NCBI RefSeq assembly: GCF_009914755.1
Contig: NC_060941.1
Origin: the human T2T-CHM13v2.0 reference genome, Homo sapiens
Length of the DNA: 64,000 nucleotides
Strand: one strand, 5' to 3'
The notes beneath the pieces were generated by a model, which saw only the letters and a program-made list of their open reading frames with translations, did no database searches and had not been told where the DNA came from. Within the stretch, counting starts at the first letter, position 1; every line of letters starts with the position of its first letter. Both the position numbers and the translations under genes were made by a program. Shown piece after piece: positions 1 to 14,966 of this stretch.

Positions 1-2679
1 TTATTGATCACTTTCAGATGATACCAGACTAACCTAATAAATAAAACAAAAAATATTATAAATGTTCTCAACCCCAATTTTTCCCCCACCCCCTCCCAAC
101 TTGGTTTTCATTTCATTGTTTCTGTGCTGTTTGGTCTATATCTACTTTCTGTCTATAACTACAATTGTCCATTTGTTTTAACCTTGGGACTATAGTTAAT
201 TTGAATTCAGTGCTCACAGAGAGTATTTTTGACTTAAAAACACATTATTCATCTTTTTATTGACCAGTGTTCATTTTTCTTTCACTGGGCATGGTTAACT
301 CTAGATATGATTCTCTAAACTGCTGTAGTGATGATTTGTCTTTGTTGGAAACCTTCCTAAAGACAAGCTGACACTCTGAGAATGGAAGTGTGTCAGATGA
401 GCTGGAAAGAATCTGACCTGATATTGTTGAAAATTGATCCAACCCCACCCTAGGATTTTCTTATTTCTAAATTGTTGGTGATTTTTTTTTCGGTCTTTTT
501 ATTCAAACCAATTTGAGGTGTGATTTTTTTCTTTACATGCACTGATGTAATTATATTTTCTGGAATAAATTGTCAAGACTGTACAACTGATAATAAAAGA
601 CGATTTACAGATCTAGGTCTTTTGTTTCCAAAAGTTTATGTTCTTCACATTAATTAATAATATTACTCATTTAGATGGGATGTAATTATTTTAACAGAAG
701 TATTTCAATTTATCTTACCAAAATACATCTTTATCCAGTAAAATACCACTTTTTACGTCTGTTCACATTTGCTTCAGTAGACCTTAAATTTCTTGTCAAC
801 TTTTTTATCACAGTTTGTTTTTTTCTTCTCGTGCATTTCCCCCAGAAAAGTCCTACAATTGCAAAATAGTGCTTTATTTTGTTTTCCAGGGAGACATATT
901 CTCCTATCGTCATTTTAGCTCTAAAATAAACTTACTGAAAGAATGTGCATAAAGCAAGTGGTATACGAAACTCAGATTTTAAAGATGTTTGTTTGCATTT
1001 CTTGTTTATGAAAGTGTTATTCTGGAGAAATAGACAGTAGTGCTTAGTCCGTTTACTTTTTAAATATTTTCATGTTAATATGACTAAAAACAATACAGAA
1101 GTTTATGGTTATTTCAGATATTTGATAAGACAGTTCTTTCTAGACATGCTAGTTTTAATGAAGGCGGCAGTGAAAAAAATCCTACTAATTTTTTAAGTTA
1201 GGAAAAAGCCCATTATCTGTATTTTGTTGTAATCCTTTGTAAGATGAGAAAAATTTAATAATTTAAACGTATCTTTTAACTTTTAAGATATCCTGGACAA
1301 ATATATAAATCCTGGACAAGATTTATATATTGGTTTTTCCTTTTCAAATCACATAAAGTATAGAACACTTAAGTAGCCCACGAATTGGGATATCAAAGGT
1401 AGAGAAATGAAATTTATTTACTGGCTAAATGGACTCATCAACAATAAGCAAACATGTACAAACTTAACATTAGCATCTCTTTGGACATCACAATGTCTTA
1501 AGATTTATATATCTTAAGGAGGGTCATTGGACCCTCCTTTCATAGTTATGATTAGGTAAATGATTTTATCACAAATATTAAAAAGGAATAACTCTGGTAA
1601 AATTTATATGAATTAGGAAAATAATTTACAGAATGCAGGAAAATATGGTCTGGCATTGTGAACGTGAATTTTTTTATCTTTTAAATTTAAAAAGACTTTG
1701 CTTTCTCTTAGCCTCTTCATCTCAGTTTTATGGGTTTGGAAGGGCACATATGTTCTTTTCTATCATGAGGAAATTTAACTTTGTCTTGTTTTTCCTAAGC
1801 TTTTTAAATATGTAGGACAATAACATTTGTTGCTATGAGCTTTGAAATGAAGATTTATACCCTGCTTTTGGAGGTCAGAATATATCACCCAAGCTCTTAT
1901 CAAAAGCCAACAAATGGAAACTCTATAGCAACAATAAAACTGAACCTTCATTATTCTCTTGATAAAAAAAAGGTATATATGTTCTCTGCACTTAATAATT
2001 TCACTGTTCTACTAATTGCAGTGTCCAACTCTTGTAATAATCTGATACAGTGGCTAAATTTTTATAGGTAGTTTTAGAAAGTAATTATGAGCAAATGTGT
2101 GAATATCAATATACACTCAATATATGGAACCAAATACATTTTAGTCATATTTCTATTAAAATAGCAATTGTTTTAGAAAAAATTAAAATACTCTTCCTAT
2201 TCTCCTAATATATCATCTCCATGTTTTCACTAGTGTTATTATTATTCTGATTTTGAGATATTAAAATAAATGTTATACAGCCAGATGATAAATTGTTTTA
2301 TATTTTTCATCCACAAATTTTTGTTGTAATAATATGATATATGTACAGATGCATTTATGAGACTTATAGGATGTGACGGCAAATAGTGAATTCATCATCC
2401 CACACACTGTAAGAGCTATGGTGATTGGTGAGACAGGAGATTTTTTTAAAGGGAGGTAGAACAATGATTTAAATTTTAAAACTTAGAACTAAGAGATCTG
2501 TCTGGAAAGGTGGACTGGCAAGAGTAATCCACTTGGAACAGGGCTATGTACAGTAGGTGGGAGAAGCAAAGAATGAATCTCTCTACTAGGATCTGGGCTT
2601 CAAAAGAACTGAATAATTAGGACTACATTTACATTTGAAATAAAAAATACTCTCAATAAAATATTTCATATTGTATGCT

Positions 2680-3366
2680 AAAATTCAAAAGACTGACCAT
2701 ACCAATTGTTGGCAAAGATGTGGAATAACTGTAACTCTCATTCACTGCTGCTGGGAATGTTAACAGATACAACTACATTGGAGAGCCATTTGATGGTTAT
2801 CTAAATATTTAAAAATTAGTTTGCAATATAACCCAGCCATTGCATTCCTTGGTATTTACCCAAGGGAAAGCATGTGTCCATATATACCTAAATTTATAAG
2901 GATCCCAAACTGGCAGCAATACATTTGCGCATTAACAGGTAAATGGATAATACACACACACACATGCACACACACACATACATACATACACACACACACG
3001 AGAATATCATTCAACAATGAAAAACAATGAACTATTAACAAATACAACAACATGATTGTATCTCAGAACAATTGTGCCAAGTGAAAGAAGCAGACAATGA
3101 AAGGAGTACAAACTGTATAATTCTATTTATAGAAAATTCTAGGATATTCAGACTAAAATATAGGGACAGAAGAGAGATTACTGAATACCTGGGGGACTTG
3201 GGGGAAAAGGGATAGTGAGGTTTATAATGGGGCATGAATAAAGGTTTAGGGCTAATGTATATGTTTATTGTCTTGATTATGATCAGTGATTTACAAGTCA
3301 AAATTGATCAAATTGCAGACTTTAAATATGTGTAGTTAATCACATCTCAATGAAGCTATTAAAAAA
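2680..3366 (+). mobile_element. Old L1M (L1MC-like) 3' fragment
   Basis: Degenerate L1 ORF2 C-terminal and 3'UTR motifs (tgttggcaaagatgtgga, acccagccattgcattccttggtatttacc), ending ctcaatgaagctattaaaaaa. A further L1ME-like 3'UTR piece follows to ~3575. Confidence 0.75.
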
Positions 3367-4284
3367 TTAGGAACGTCGTTGCCACTAGGAGAGAGGGAGT
3401 GATTTATAATAGGGAAGGGACCCATGGAAGCTTCTGGAATACAGAAATGTTCTGTTCCTTGACTTGGGTGTAAGCTACACAGATTTTCTTTTCTGCAGTC
3501 CATTAAACTGAATATGACACTATTTTATGTTTATGCAATATTTATTTCTTTATTATATTTCAAAATTTTTAAAGTGTGTGTATGTGTATATACATGTATT
3601 TGGAAACTATATATTTTTTTGAAAAGAGGTAATTATCCTTAAGACGCATTCATTTTATTACCTCTCCTTTAATAACAGCCAGTTTAGGTCTTAGTAGTAG
3701 CATGCTTGTTTGACTATAAATTTTATGCAGCTTAAGTTTTCCTAGGATTTTGAAAGTACTTTCTACATTCACAGTCACATTCCTATGCTGTCTTTAAAAG
3801 ATAAATGAGAAAACCATAAATACATCATATCTCTGTGAGCCTCATTGGTGGTCCATGCATCATGGAAATGTCATCTATTCTGGTAGTGCTGCTAGCAACT
3901 TGTGGGTGGGTCGATGCACTGGGAATAGTGCATCATTTTATTTTATTTTTATGGCTTTATTATACTCTATGGCCATTAGGTGCAATGCCTCTGTTGTCCC
4001 CTGGGGTACAATATTATATTTATTGTATGCATTTATCTTGTCTCTGATGATTCATTTTCTTTTCCATCCAAGATGAGTTTCCTTTTTGCCTGCTGCGTTA
4101 TCTAGGAGTCCTTCCATTCAATTGCTCAAAATGCTTTATCATGGTGTGCAATATATATGAAGAGTCTGGGGAAGAAGGTGGGCGTTGTCAAATCTATAAA
4201 TGAATCCAAGAAAATGTCCTCAGCAGCCAAGAGAACTATTGTAATTTGTATACCACAGAAATGGAGAAGTAGTACAGAATTTAG

Positions 4285-4470
4285 AAAGAAAATTAAAAAT
4301 AGAACTGCCATATGATCCAGCAATTCCACTTTTGGGTATACATACAAAGGAAATAAAATCACTATCTGAAAGAGATACCTGGGCTTCCACATTAATTACA
4401 TAATTATTCACAAAAGCCACAATACGGAGTAAACTTAAATGTTCATCAAGGGAAGAATGGATAAAGAAAA

Positions 4471-4501
<31 letters not shown>

Positions 4502-5035
4502 CGCACGTGCACACACGTGCGTGTGTGTATGCAATGGAATAAATACTTTTATCCTTTACAAAGAAGAAAATCCTGACATTGTTAACAACATGGAGGAGGC
4601 TGGAGGACATTACGTTATTCGAGAAATAGGCCAACACAGAAGACAGGTACTACATGACCTCATTTGTATGTGGAATCTTAAAAAGTCTAATTCATGAAAA
4701 GAAAGTAGAATGGTGAGTGCCAGAGGCTGGCAAAGAGCTGGAGGGACATGGGGAGATGTTAGTCAAAGGCGTCAAAGTTTCATTTATGCAGGGTGAATAA
4801 GGTCTGGAGATCTATTCACATAGTGACAGTATGGTCACTAGTGTTAGTAATACTGTATCGTATATTTGAAAATTGCTGAGAGTGATCTTAAATGTTATTA
4901 CTGCAAAATTTAAGTATGTGAAGGGATGAATGTTCATTAATTTTATTTCATCATTTCACAATATATACATGTTGCAAAACATCACATTGTACCCCATAAA
5001 TATATATAACTTTTGTTAATTGCAACTTAAGAAAC
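4285..5035 (+). mobile_element. L1MA-type 3' fragment
   Basis: aaaatagaactgccatatgatccagcaattccacttttgggtat... followed by L1MA 3'UTR (aataaggtctggagatct, aaacatcacattgtaccccataaatata). Confidence 0.85.
4474..4533. repeat. (TG)n / alternating purine-pyrimidine microsatellite
   Basis: gtgtgt...gcgcacgtgcacacacgtgcgtgtgtgtatgca, inside the L1MA fragment. Confidence 0.9.
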
Positions 5036-5044
5036 CTGAAAATG

Positions 5045-5370
<326 letters not shown>

Positions 5371-6065
5371 TTAAAAGAAAGAGAAAATATATTTATGTCA
5401 CTATAAAAAATGGTGTCCATGGGGAAAATGAGAACTGAATCCTAATGTTAGGTAGGAAAAATAAAATGGATAAAAGAATCCCATTGAAACTGTAACAGGG
5501 GACTGTCACTGGTCTCTGGAACTAGAGAATACTTACAGTTTTTCCTCAGAGTGGTCCCTACGTCTTATGGATACGTCATTATTTCCATTTTAAAGTAGGG
5601 ATGTTAAGCCAGAGTCTTAATGCTAAGTCCCAGGCAACAGAGTTAATTAGAATCAAAGAGGGGGTGTGGACTTTTGTCTCACATATTTTGTACACACTAT
5701 AAGGATGTTAGTCATAATAGAACATGGCATCATGTGGCCTAATGAGGAGGACATAAATCTACATGAGGTTCTCTGAGGAACAGGCACCTGCAGGCTGAGA
5801 ACCGACATGGACATTTCAAATGGTAACATTTCTCCTTTGGCATATTCCTAAATCCATAAACTCTGAAGACGTGGTCAAAAAAAAAATGTCATTCTGCAGT
5901 GAACTTAGTTTTCTCCTTCTTTACCTTTATTCTATGGATGCTTTTCACTTATCCTTCATGCAGTTGTCCTTCCATTTCTCTTTTTCTGGACCACATTTGA
6001 AACACAGTTAAATAGAATGTCTGCTTCAGGTTTGCAAATTATACTTCATTTAAAGTATATGTTAA

Positions 6066-6866
6066 AGTTGAGTAATCTTTCTATACCTGCGCATACATAC
6101 TCCCCACAACACACACACATTGTCTTTATCCTTTCATGTGCTCAAGAGCACTCATGTTTATTCCATATCTTGGCTAATGTGAATAATGCTACGATGAACA
6201 TGGAGGTGCAGATATCTCTTCAAGTTAGTGATTTTATTTCTTTAGGACACACACCAAGCAGCAGAATTGCTGGATTGTATGGCGGTTCAATTTCTAATTT
6301 TTTGAGAAATCTTTATACTGTTCTTCATAATGGCTGTACCAGTATTCAGTCTTTTAGAAAAAGACGGAAATTCCGACATTCGTGACAACATGAATAAAGC
6401 TGGAGGACCTTATATTAAGTGAAATAAGCCAGGTACAGGAAGACAAATACTGTAGGATCTCACTTACATGTGCAATCTAAAGTAGTTTAACTCATAGAAA
6501 ACAGAGGGTAGAATGGGGGGTGCCAGAGGCTGAGGGGTGGGGGAAAAGGGGACGTGTTGGGTCAAAGGTATAAACTTGCACTAACAAGATGAATAAGTTC
6601 TGGGAACTTAGCTTACAAAGTAGTGACTATAGTTAATAATAGTGTATTGTATAATTGAATTTTGCTAGGAGATTCTATTTTAAATATTCTTACCCAAAGA
6701 AAAGTTAACTGTAAGGTGATGGATATGTTAATTAGCTTTATTATGTTAATCATTAAAAAATATATACATATACTGAAACATCACCTTGTACACCCTGAAT
6801 ATATAGTCTACAATTTTTATTTGTCAATTATACCTTAATAACACTGAATAAAAAAACAAAAGATAA
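6066..6866 (+). mobile_element. L1MA (L1MA8/9-like) with 5' inversion (twin priming)
   Basis: 6066-~6340 is minus-strand L1 ORF2 end, ~6341-6866 is plus-strand 3'UTR with A-tail. Flanked by aaa(g/a)tatatgttaa on both sides. Confidence 0.8.
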
Positions 6867-8099
6867 AAATATATGTTAAGCCAATTAAGTAGATAAACCC
6901 ATTTTTGTTTATATAGCAACACAGTTTTCAGAGAAAGTTTTCACTGACCCATTGAAATATAGTAATTCACTTCTTTTTTTTTTATGAGGGAAACAACTCA
7001 CATAAAGGATTATGGATAATCTCTCTAAAATTAGGCTGCTTCTAATACTCTGCAAATGTTAAGGTCTTTGTTTTTGTTTTTGGAAGGTGGTGTGATTGAT
7101 AGGCTACATCAATTTTGAGAATTCTCAATAACTCTTAGGAATTATCTTAGATGTAAATTAATTGCTCTGAAATAGCAATACACATGACTGAAAATTTCAG
7201 GGCAATATGAATTAAAGAGGTAAATGTGTGCACTAGTTCGTTCTTATCATAGGCATTGAAAAGCAAATCAATTATGTTTGATGAGATTGACATTTGATGC
7301 CAATTACCTTTATATTATTAAACTGAGAAACAAAGAAAATGATACATCTTTGTGTCTTTGTGATAATCCTAGAGGTATTCATAGGTGCTGGGCAAATCTA
7401 AATATTTTTGTTTTCAAGAATTATGTAATATATGTTATAACATGCAGTAAATTATATTTCTTTAGATATATTTAGCTATTCTTTGCAAAAGTTTGCTCAT
7501 GTGCCTCACAAGTTTAGGTAGAATTCCTATGCCACGTTTTCTACTTGGAAATTTGAGTACACCTAAATTTTTTGTTAAGATTATGCAAAGGTCCAAACTA
7601 TCCATTCAATAAGTGGGTTAAATATTCCCACCCAATATACTTCCTGGGAATATTGCAGACCTTTTGTTTTGTTTTGAAAATAATTAAAGTGATTCCACTA
7701 TCTGTAAAATATCTTCTGGAAGGTGCTGGATTTTCCTCTCTTTCCCATAGCTTGTTAGCAATACTACAGTTTGGCAATAGATTTTGTCTTTTCTAGGGAA
7801 TGAGGCATTGGGGAAACAGAAATTCTTTCTAGATTACATTATTTTCATTATTTTGATAAAATGAGTCTGATGGTTTTTTGCCAGCAATTGAAGGTACCAG
7901 TGTTCAGGGGAGTATTCCCATACATCTCCAGAGGAAACTCATCTTTAAGGAAGGGATGTTTGATGACTTTCATATACTATCTTGTCTAGGAAACCCTAGA
8001 CCGACATAAGCACAGTAGAATCATGGAGAACAGAAGTTTCTACCTAATCAATCAATTGTTGTGACCAAACACATTGAAATGCTATCTTAAAACTTGCTT

Positions 8100-8280
8100 A
8101 TTATCTACTGAACACTACCTACATTATTTCAAACCCTTGAAACTTTGCAGCAGGGCCAGTCTTCATATCCCAATTTCACGGATGAACAAACTAAGGTTGA
8201 GAGAGATTATGTAATTGTTAAAAGAGCTGGGCTTTGCTTCCAGGTCAGTCTGACCCCATAGCACATCCTCATTCCAGTAC
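8100..8280 (-). mobile_element. MIR fragment
   Basis: cccaatttcacggatgaacaaactaagg matches the reverse-complemented MIR core. Confidence 0.6.
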
Positions 8281-11169
8281 ATTGTTCCTATTGCTTTTCA
8301 TTCTAAAAGCAATATAAGGAAGCTATTTTAAGGATGGGTGAACAGGTCACTAGATCTGAGGCTCTCTCTACATTCAACTGTGGGTGGAAGGGTAAACAGA
8401 TTAATAACATAATCAACTAATACACCTTTAAAGTCAGCATCTCAAAAGCAGAAACATCTTAAGTGGGATCTGAAGGAATGGCTGCCACTTTCTCAGTTCT
8501 TTCATAAATGTTCTTTCTACATCGGTATCTTAATTCTTTTTAAACACAATGATTGTAATAATGATGGTAATGATGTTGAAACTGCATTTTTATCCAAATT
8601 CAGGCAGTTGAAGCTTTTGAAATTGGCATTGATGCATAAGAAATATTGTAATGGTTTCATGACACACATGTCTAAAAGTTTTCTTCAATTAAGTAATAAT
8701 AGAAGCAATGGGTACTCACTCAATGATAAATAAACCGAAACGTGTAAAATAAAATATAAAACTCAAAAGAATCGCATGCTGTCATTTATGCCAAATAAAG
8801 TATAAAAATTTGAAGAGCTTTACTTTTAACTTATTTCTAAAAAATTACATTTTGCTGCAAGGCTGACATAGATTTATATTTACCATGACTTTTGAGGCCC
8901 AACCTAAGAAAATGATGAATGTTAGGGCAGTCAAGCCTATGAAATTGTTTATCTGTGAAAGATTGTGTCTCAGTCCTAGTCTAGGCATTGTTTTCATTTT
9001 CACATTTTTTAAAGGTCTTACTATTTTTCGAAGTCATGTTTTTATCCTCTGCCAAATAACAGGCCTGTTGTTGTTTTACTCAGTTTTCTCTTTATAATTG
9101 CAGAAACTTTGAAAATAAAAAGGGTAATTATTTTCTGATGTCTAACAAGTGATTGACATACTACAAGAAAAATGAAAAATACTTTTTAAAAAAACTTTAT
9201 AGACCGGAGATGGGATTTCAGAATCAAACGTGCTTGTGGATTTGGTTTTCATTGATGGGTTTTGCTCTTAGATTGTCCTTTTTCCACTCACAGTTCCAGG
9301 ATTTCTTTCCAAAAATATCTTGTGAGGTCCAAATGTTAGCCAGAATTCTGTCTTTGTTTGATGAGCCTGTACATTTCTTAATCCAACACTTCTCTTGAAA
9401 AAGAAATACAGAAAGTATACTGTAGTTAATGGTAGTGGGGTATCCTACATTTTGTGGGGAAAATGGGAAGCTTGCCTGTCTGTTACTCTTTTTCATCCCT
9501 TGGCTGAAAGAAAAACAATCTAAACCCAAAGAACAAAAGAGAGCTTAGGAATCAGAACTTAGACCTGGGCTCTGGAGCCAGACTACTTCTTAGCTTTTTT
9601 TCCTGTGTGTCATTTTGTTTTTATACTATGTAAGTATATTTGTAAATAATAATCCAAGACTTTCAAAAGTACAGCAGTTCTGTAAAACAAATGTTCCTAC
9701 AGTCAAAACATAACTTTCTCTTTTTATTGAGTAAGGCTCTGTGCACATCTGCTTATCAGCAGTCACTTTCTCAATGTTAGTTTCAAATGTACTCTGCGCC
9801 TTCTGTCTTTTCATCTGCACTGAATGCCTGTGTGTTCCTACGTTCTTAACTTCTGCATTATTTTCCTGTACTTCCTCCTCTATTTTTTTCTAAGAATGTA
9901 GTTGTTTGTAGTTAATGGTGCTTATAATTTGGAAACTCAAAATAGTAATATTGCTGATCAGCAACTAATTACTCTGAAGCTTGAAAAGTTTAATTAAATC
10001 ACACATTCCTTGGAGGGTCCTGAGTCCTGGCTACTTACTTTCAAAGAGGCTCCTTGCTCCCTGCTGAGCTGATGGGATTTCAGTGACAACCTTCACTAAG
10101 CCTGAACTTATTGAATGCCTACACTGAATGTAATACTGCATGAGTAATTGAGGATGGTACCAAGTTATAGCTCATTGTCCTTATGCACCTGAATCTTATA
10201 GTCTTATAAACCTTCCCAGGGGTTGGGTAGAAGGAAGACTTATTCAGTTCAAGAGTGCATCATAATAATAATACAAAGAAGGAAGAGAAGGAGAAAAATA
10301 AATGTGGATTCTAATTCTGGAGAAATTTTTAGGAAAAAATATTCCTGAGGTCTGAGATAAACAAGGAGGTCTTCATTTACGAGTTGAAATTCCAAAAAGA
10401 CATCAAAGGGAGGATGAGATTTGCATAGGAAAAGGAATAGAAATCATGTTAGTCCCATAGTTCATGTATCCACCTTCTCCTCTCTGTATTCAATCTACAA
10501 ATATTTATTGCTATTATGTGCAGATCAGAAAACAAAGTCCTCACCCTAGGGAATCAGCAACAAAACTTATTGAGAATGCAAAGAAGAAAAACTGTTATAT
10601 GCTAGAATTAAAGAAGTACAAAGATTTCTGAGAGCATAGAGAAAGAAGTAGACAGAAAACTTGCAGAAGACTTAATACTGAATATTTGAGGCAAGAGGAA
10701 CCATGTGACTGAAACTATGTTTATTTAAAATATAAATTAAAGAACCAAGGCACAATTGCAGAACTTATGTGGAGTCAAAGATAATGAGAAAATCTTGGTT
10801 TTATTTTTGGTGCAGTAATTTTTTTAAGTGTTGAAAATTTTGTTAACGTTAAAGAGCTTTGCACTTACAAGACACTAAGATACAGGAGTGATGCTTCATA
10901 AAGAAGTTACCTGTCAGGGTTTGGGCATTAGTTTAGAAGTTGTGGAGCTTTGATTTATTTTGGTTAAATACTTTAAGAAATCACAATCTTGATCCAGGAC
11001 TGATAAAAGTATTGCTAAATTTGAAAGATGCCTCTTCAAGATTAGAGTCATATATTCAGACATAGAACATTAGAAGATCCTGTATGGAAAATACATTCTA
11101 GTCTATTCTTACTAGTGGAAGAGCCCTAAGCCACAGTTCCCATTCATCGAGGTTCAATGCATCAAGTAC

Positions 11170-11510
11170 TTCTCGAAGTGCACTTACATTTAGTAGCTGA
11201 TTAAATTTTTCTGACAACAGAATTATTGTTACTATTATTTTTATCATCATCATCCCATTTTTATAAATCAGAAAGGGAACTGGGCCAGAGGGTAGTTAAG
11301 CAGTTTTCTTAAAGACTTACAGCTATTAGGTTGGTGCAAAAGCAATTGCGGTTTTGCCATTAGTAATTGCTTTGCCATTACTATGGTATTTTATTTTGCT
11401 GTTACTAATGCAAAAATCACAATTACTTTTGCACCAAACTAATGCTGATTTTGAGAGCCAGACCTGGAGTGTGGGGATACTAGAGCTAGTGCTTGAGTTC
11501 TAAGTTGTTC
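11170..11510 (-). mobile_element. MIR, interrupted by MADE1
   Basis: catccccatttttataaatcagaaagggaactggg...agttaagcagttttcttaaagacttacagcta; resumes after 11444. Confidence 0.55.
11326..11442. mobile_element. MADE1 (Hsmar1-derived MITE), internally expanded
   Basis: TIRs ttaggttggtgcaaaagcaattgcggttttgccatt ... aatgcaaaaatcacaattacttttgcaccaaactaa; TA at the left junction. Confidence 0.9.
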
Positions 11511-13389
11511 TGCTGCAACGGCTTGGACTTGAAAGCAGAGAGGAGGGGAGGAGGAGCAAAAAGACAGAGATCTCACCTTTGTGGCAGAGATAGAAGAAAG
11601 ATAATATTTAGAAGTTTAGCTGTGCATTAAGAATGTCGTAGCCTCCTTTTTTCATTTTCTAAAGAAACTTGAAATTAAGATTTGAATTGCTTCCAAATAT
11701 AAATGTGCTAGACAATTGTATTCCTGAAAGACAAGAAATGCTGAGTCCAAAGAATAACTGAGAAGTTCAGCTTTTATGATTTCTGTGTCCTGTAATTAGC
11801 TGCTTAGTAAGTGATTTCTAACCTTCAAGAAATATAGACCCTCCAATGACTGACAACTGTTAAAGTATGTGTTCTTAAAAAGTTAAATTGTTACATATAC
11901 AGTAAACACATATAAAAGATTTCATTCTACTCATTAATTAATGATGAAAATACTAAAAGGTTAAAACTGGTTCAAATGAGAACGTGATTCGTGGAATGCA
12001 TATTTTCTAACAGAGAAAGTTAATTTGCATTGCAATGAACAGGAAACATTTGCATTGCTTCTGATTTCCCACAGCTTAACTTCTACCCCTTCAAAATGGT
12101 CAAATAGCTAATAATGGCAAATCAATCACACATGCACACCTTTGTAGAATCAGACAATCCCTAGGGAGGGGCCTCAAGACAATGCCCAGATCTCCACTGA
12201 AAGGGCACCCAGTAGTCTCTCATGCCCACCTATTTCCAAGACCTGGAAAATTTTTCTGACATCATAAGACTCTTAACAATTAGACTAAATTACAGGAAGA
12301 AAGGATAAGAAGAAACTAAACTACTATGAAGACTATATAGCTATAGACCAGCACATATATTATTGGGGAAAAAAAAAGTGTAACAAAGTTTTATTTAAAA
12401 TGTTGGTCTTAAACCATTATGTTCTACAATATTGAGCTGTGGTTTTTAGATCTAAGACAACTTCCCTTCCCCCATGTATCATCCAGCTCTGATTTTTTTT
12501 TTAATCTCTCTTTTCTGTATCTAACAGGAGACATTGTCAAAACATCAAGCTTTTCTATCATGCAGGTCCAGATAAAGAGGGTTGGAGTGGATATGAAAGG
12601 ATTCCACTGAGGTTGGGATGAAAGAAAAAGACGATCTAGAAATTTCAAGGAACTCTGCTATGTAAATTTACCTGAACATTACAAGATAAACCTGAGTGTC
12701 TAAGAGACTATCCTAATCTCACAGACATTTTAACCTGTGTAAACCCTCGATTTGCTGGAATGAACTTCAGTCATGCATTTGAGAACCCCCACTTTAAATA
12801 TCGTAAAAATGTCATAATAATTTCAGATAAAAGGTTTCCATTTTTCTCCTTATGTTTATAAAACAAAATTAAAGACTTGTTTTTTCCTCTTTTTCATTTC
12901 AACCAACAAGGTTTTAAGGCCTGAAGAGCAATTATATTTATACTTTGCCATGTTTGGTTGAAAGTTTAAACTTGAAATAAAGTTGAGATTTATTGCACTT
13001 ATGTTCTGCTGCAGTGTAATTGTTATTCACTTTCTGGAAGCCAAACAGAATCTATATCATGTTTTTGGTTTTTTACAAAAGCTTGATTCTATTTTTCTTC
13101 ATTCACACGAACCCGACACATAAGTCCATCTAGAAGGTTTATAAACATTAATGTATAATTCAAAGTTTATTCTTACTTTTAACTGCTTGGGTGGTCAAGA
13201 ATAAGGTTGATTCTTTTTTCTGTCTACACTAAGAAAGTATCTTTCACAAAGGATTTTGTCCTATTTGAAATGGCGATGGAGAGCTTATTTTGTTTGGAAT
13301 TGGCAGTTTTTCTCCAGAGGGGTTACATTTCTAAAGTTATATGGCCATCCAAAAAAGATTATTACACTAGTCCAACATTGGCTGATTAA

Positions 13390-13900
<511 letters not shown>

Positions 13901-14095
13901 CCTCACACTTATTTTTAAAAATATATGTACACATTGATTTTATGTAATACTAATAAAGTTAGCATAATAACTACATAAAAATAATGATAAAACTACATAA
14001 AAAGAACATTTTACTGTCAAGGGTGTCATGATATTTAAGTGAGAACTGCAAGGTGCAAAAATAGAAATATTTTAAATAACCCAACTATAGAAAAA

Positions 14096-14098
<3 letters not shown>

Positions 14099-14133
<35 letters not shown>
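14099..14133. repeat. (TG)n microsatellite
   Basis: About 17 perfect GT units. Confidence 0.95.
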
Positions 14134-14136
<3 letters not shown>

Positions 14137-14401
14137 GTGTGTGATAAAATCTAGAGGCATACATGGCAGACTTCCAACATTCTGTATATGAAAAGCAGGA
14201 TTGGCAGAAGCAGAGGAGAAATCGAAGGAAGGATTTATTTAATAGTCTATGTTGTATGAGTATTTCCATAATGAGAATTAACACAAAGTTTTCGTTATTT
14301 GCCGGACCCCCTTCTTAGTACTTTGCATGTATTCATGCATTTGCTAATGATTCACTCAATAATGAGTTAATTTACAGTTAATACCATTAAAAAACATTAC
14401 A

Positions 14402-14677
<276 letters not shown>

Positions 14678-14966
14678 TACCTATGGAACTTTTAAAGAAA
14701 CATAAAGATCTCACCAAAATGTGGAAATTGTATGAGGTTTTTCTTCTTATTTTTTTTTTTAATCCCTGTGAGTATCCTTTTCAAATGTCTCTGTGCAGCT
14801 CTTGAGTTGCGTTACTATTGAGTATTGACATCTGCAATTTAGAGTTTTTATCATCTCGATGGAGGAAAGACAATTTTAAGAAATCCTCAGAAAGGGTTAA
14901 AGTTAAGTTGGTATTTCATGGCTATTTTATTCCATTTAATTTGATGTTTAACTGATGCAGCTAAAC

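Noticed and set aside
257-448. 63-aa minus ORF with protein-like composition
   Set aside because: No ATG start, poor acceptor (purine-rich upstream) and no recognisable homology.
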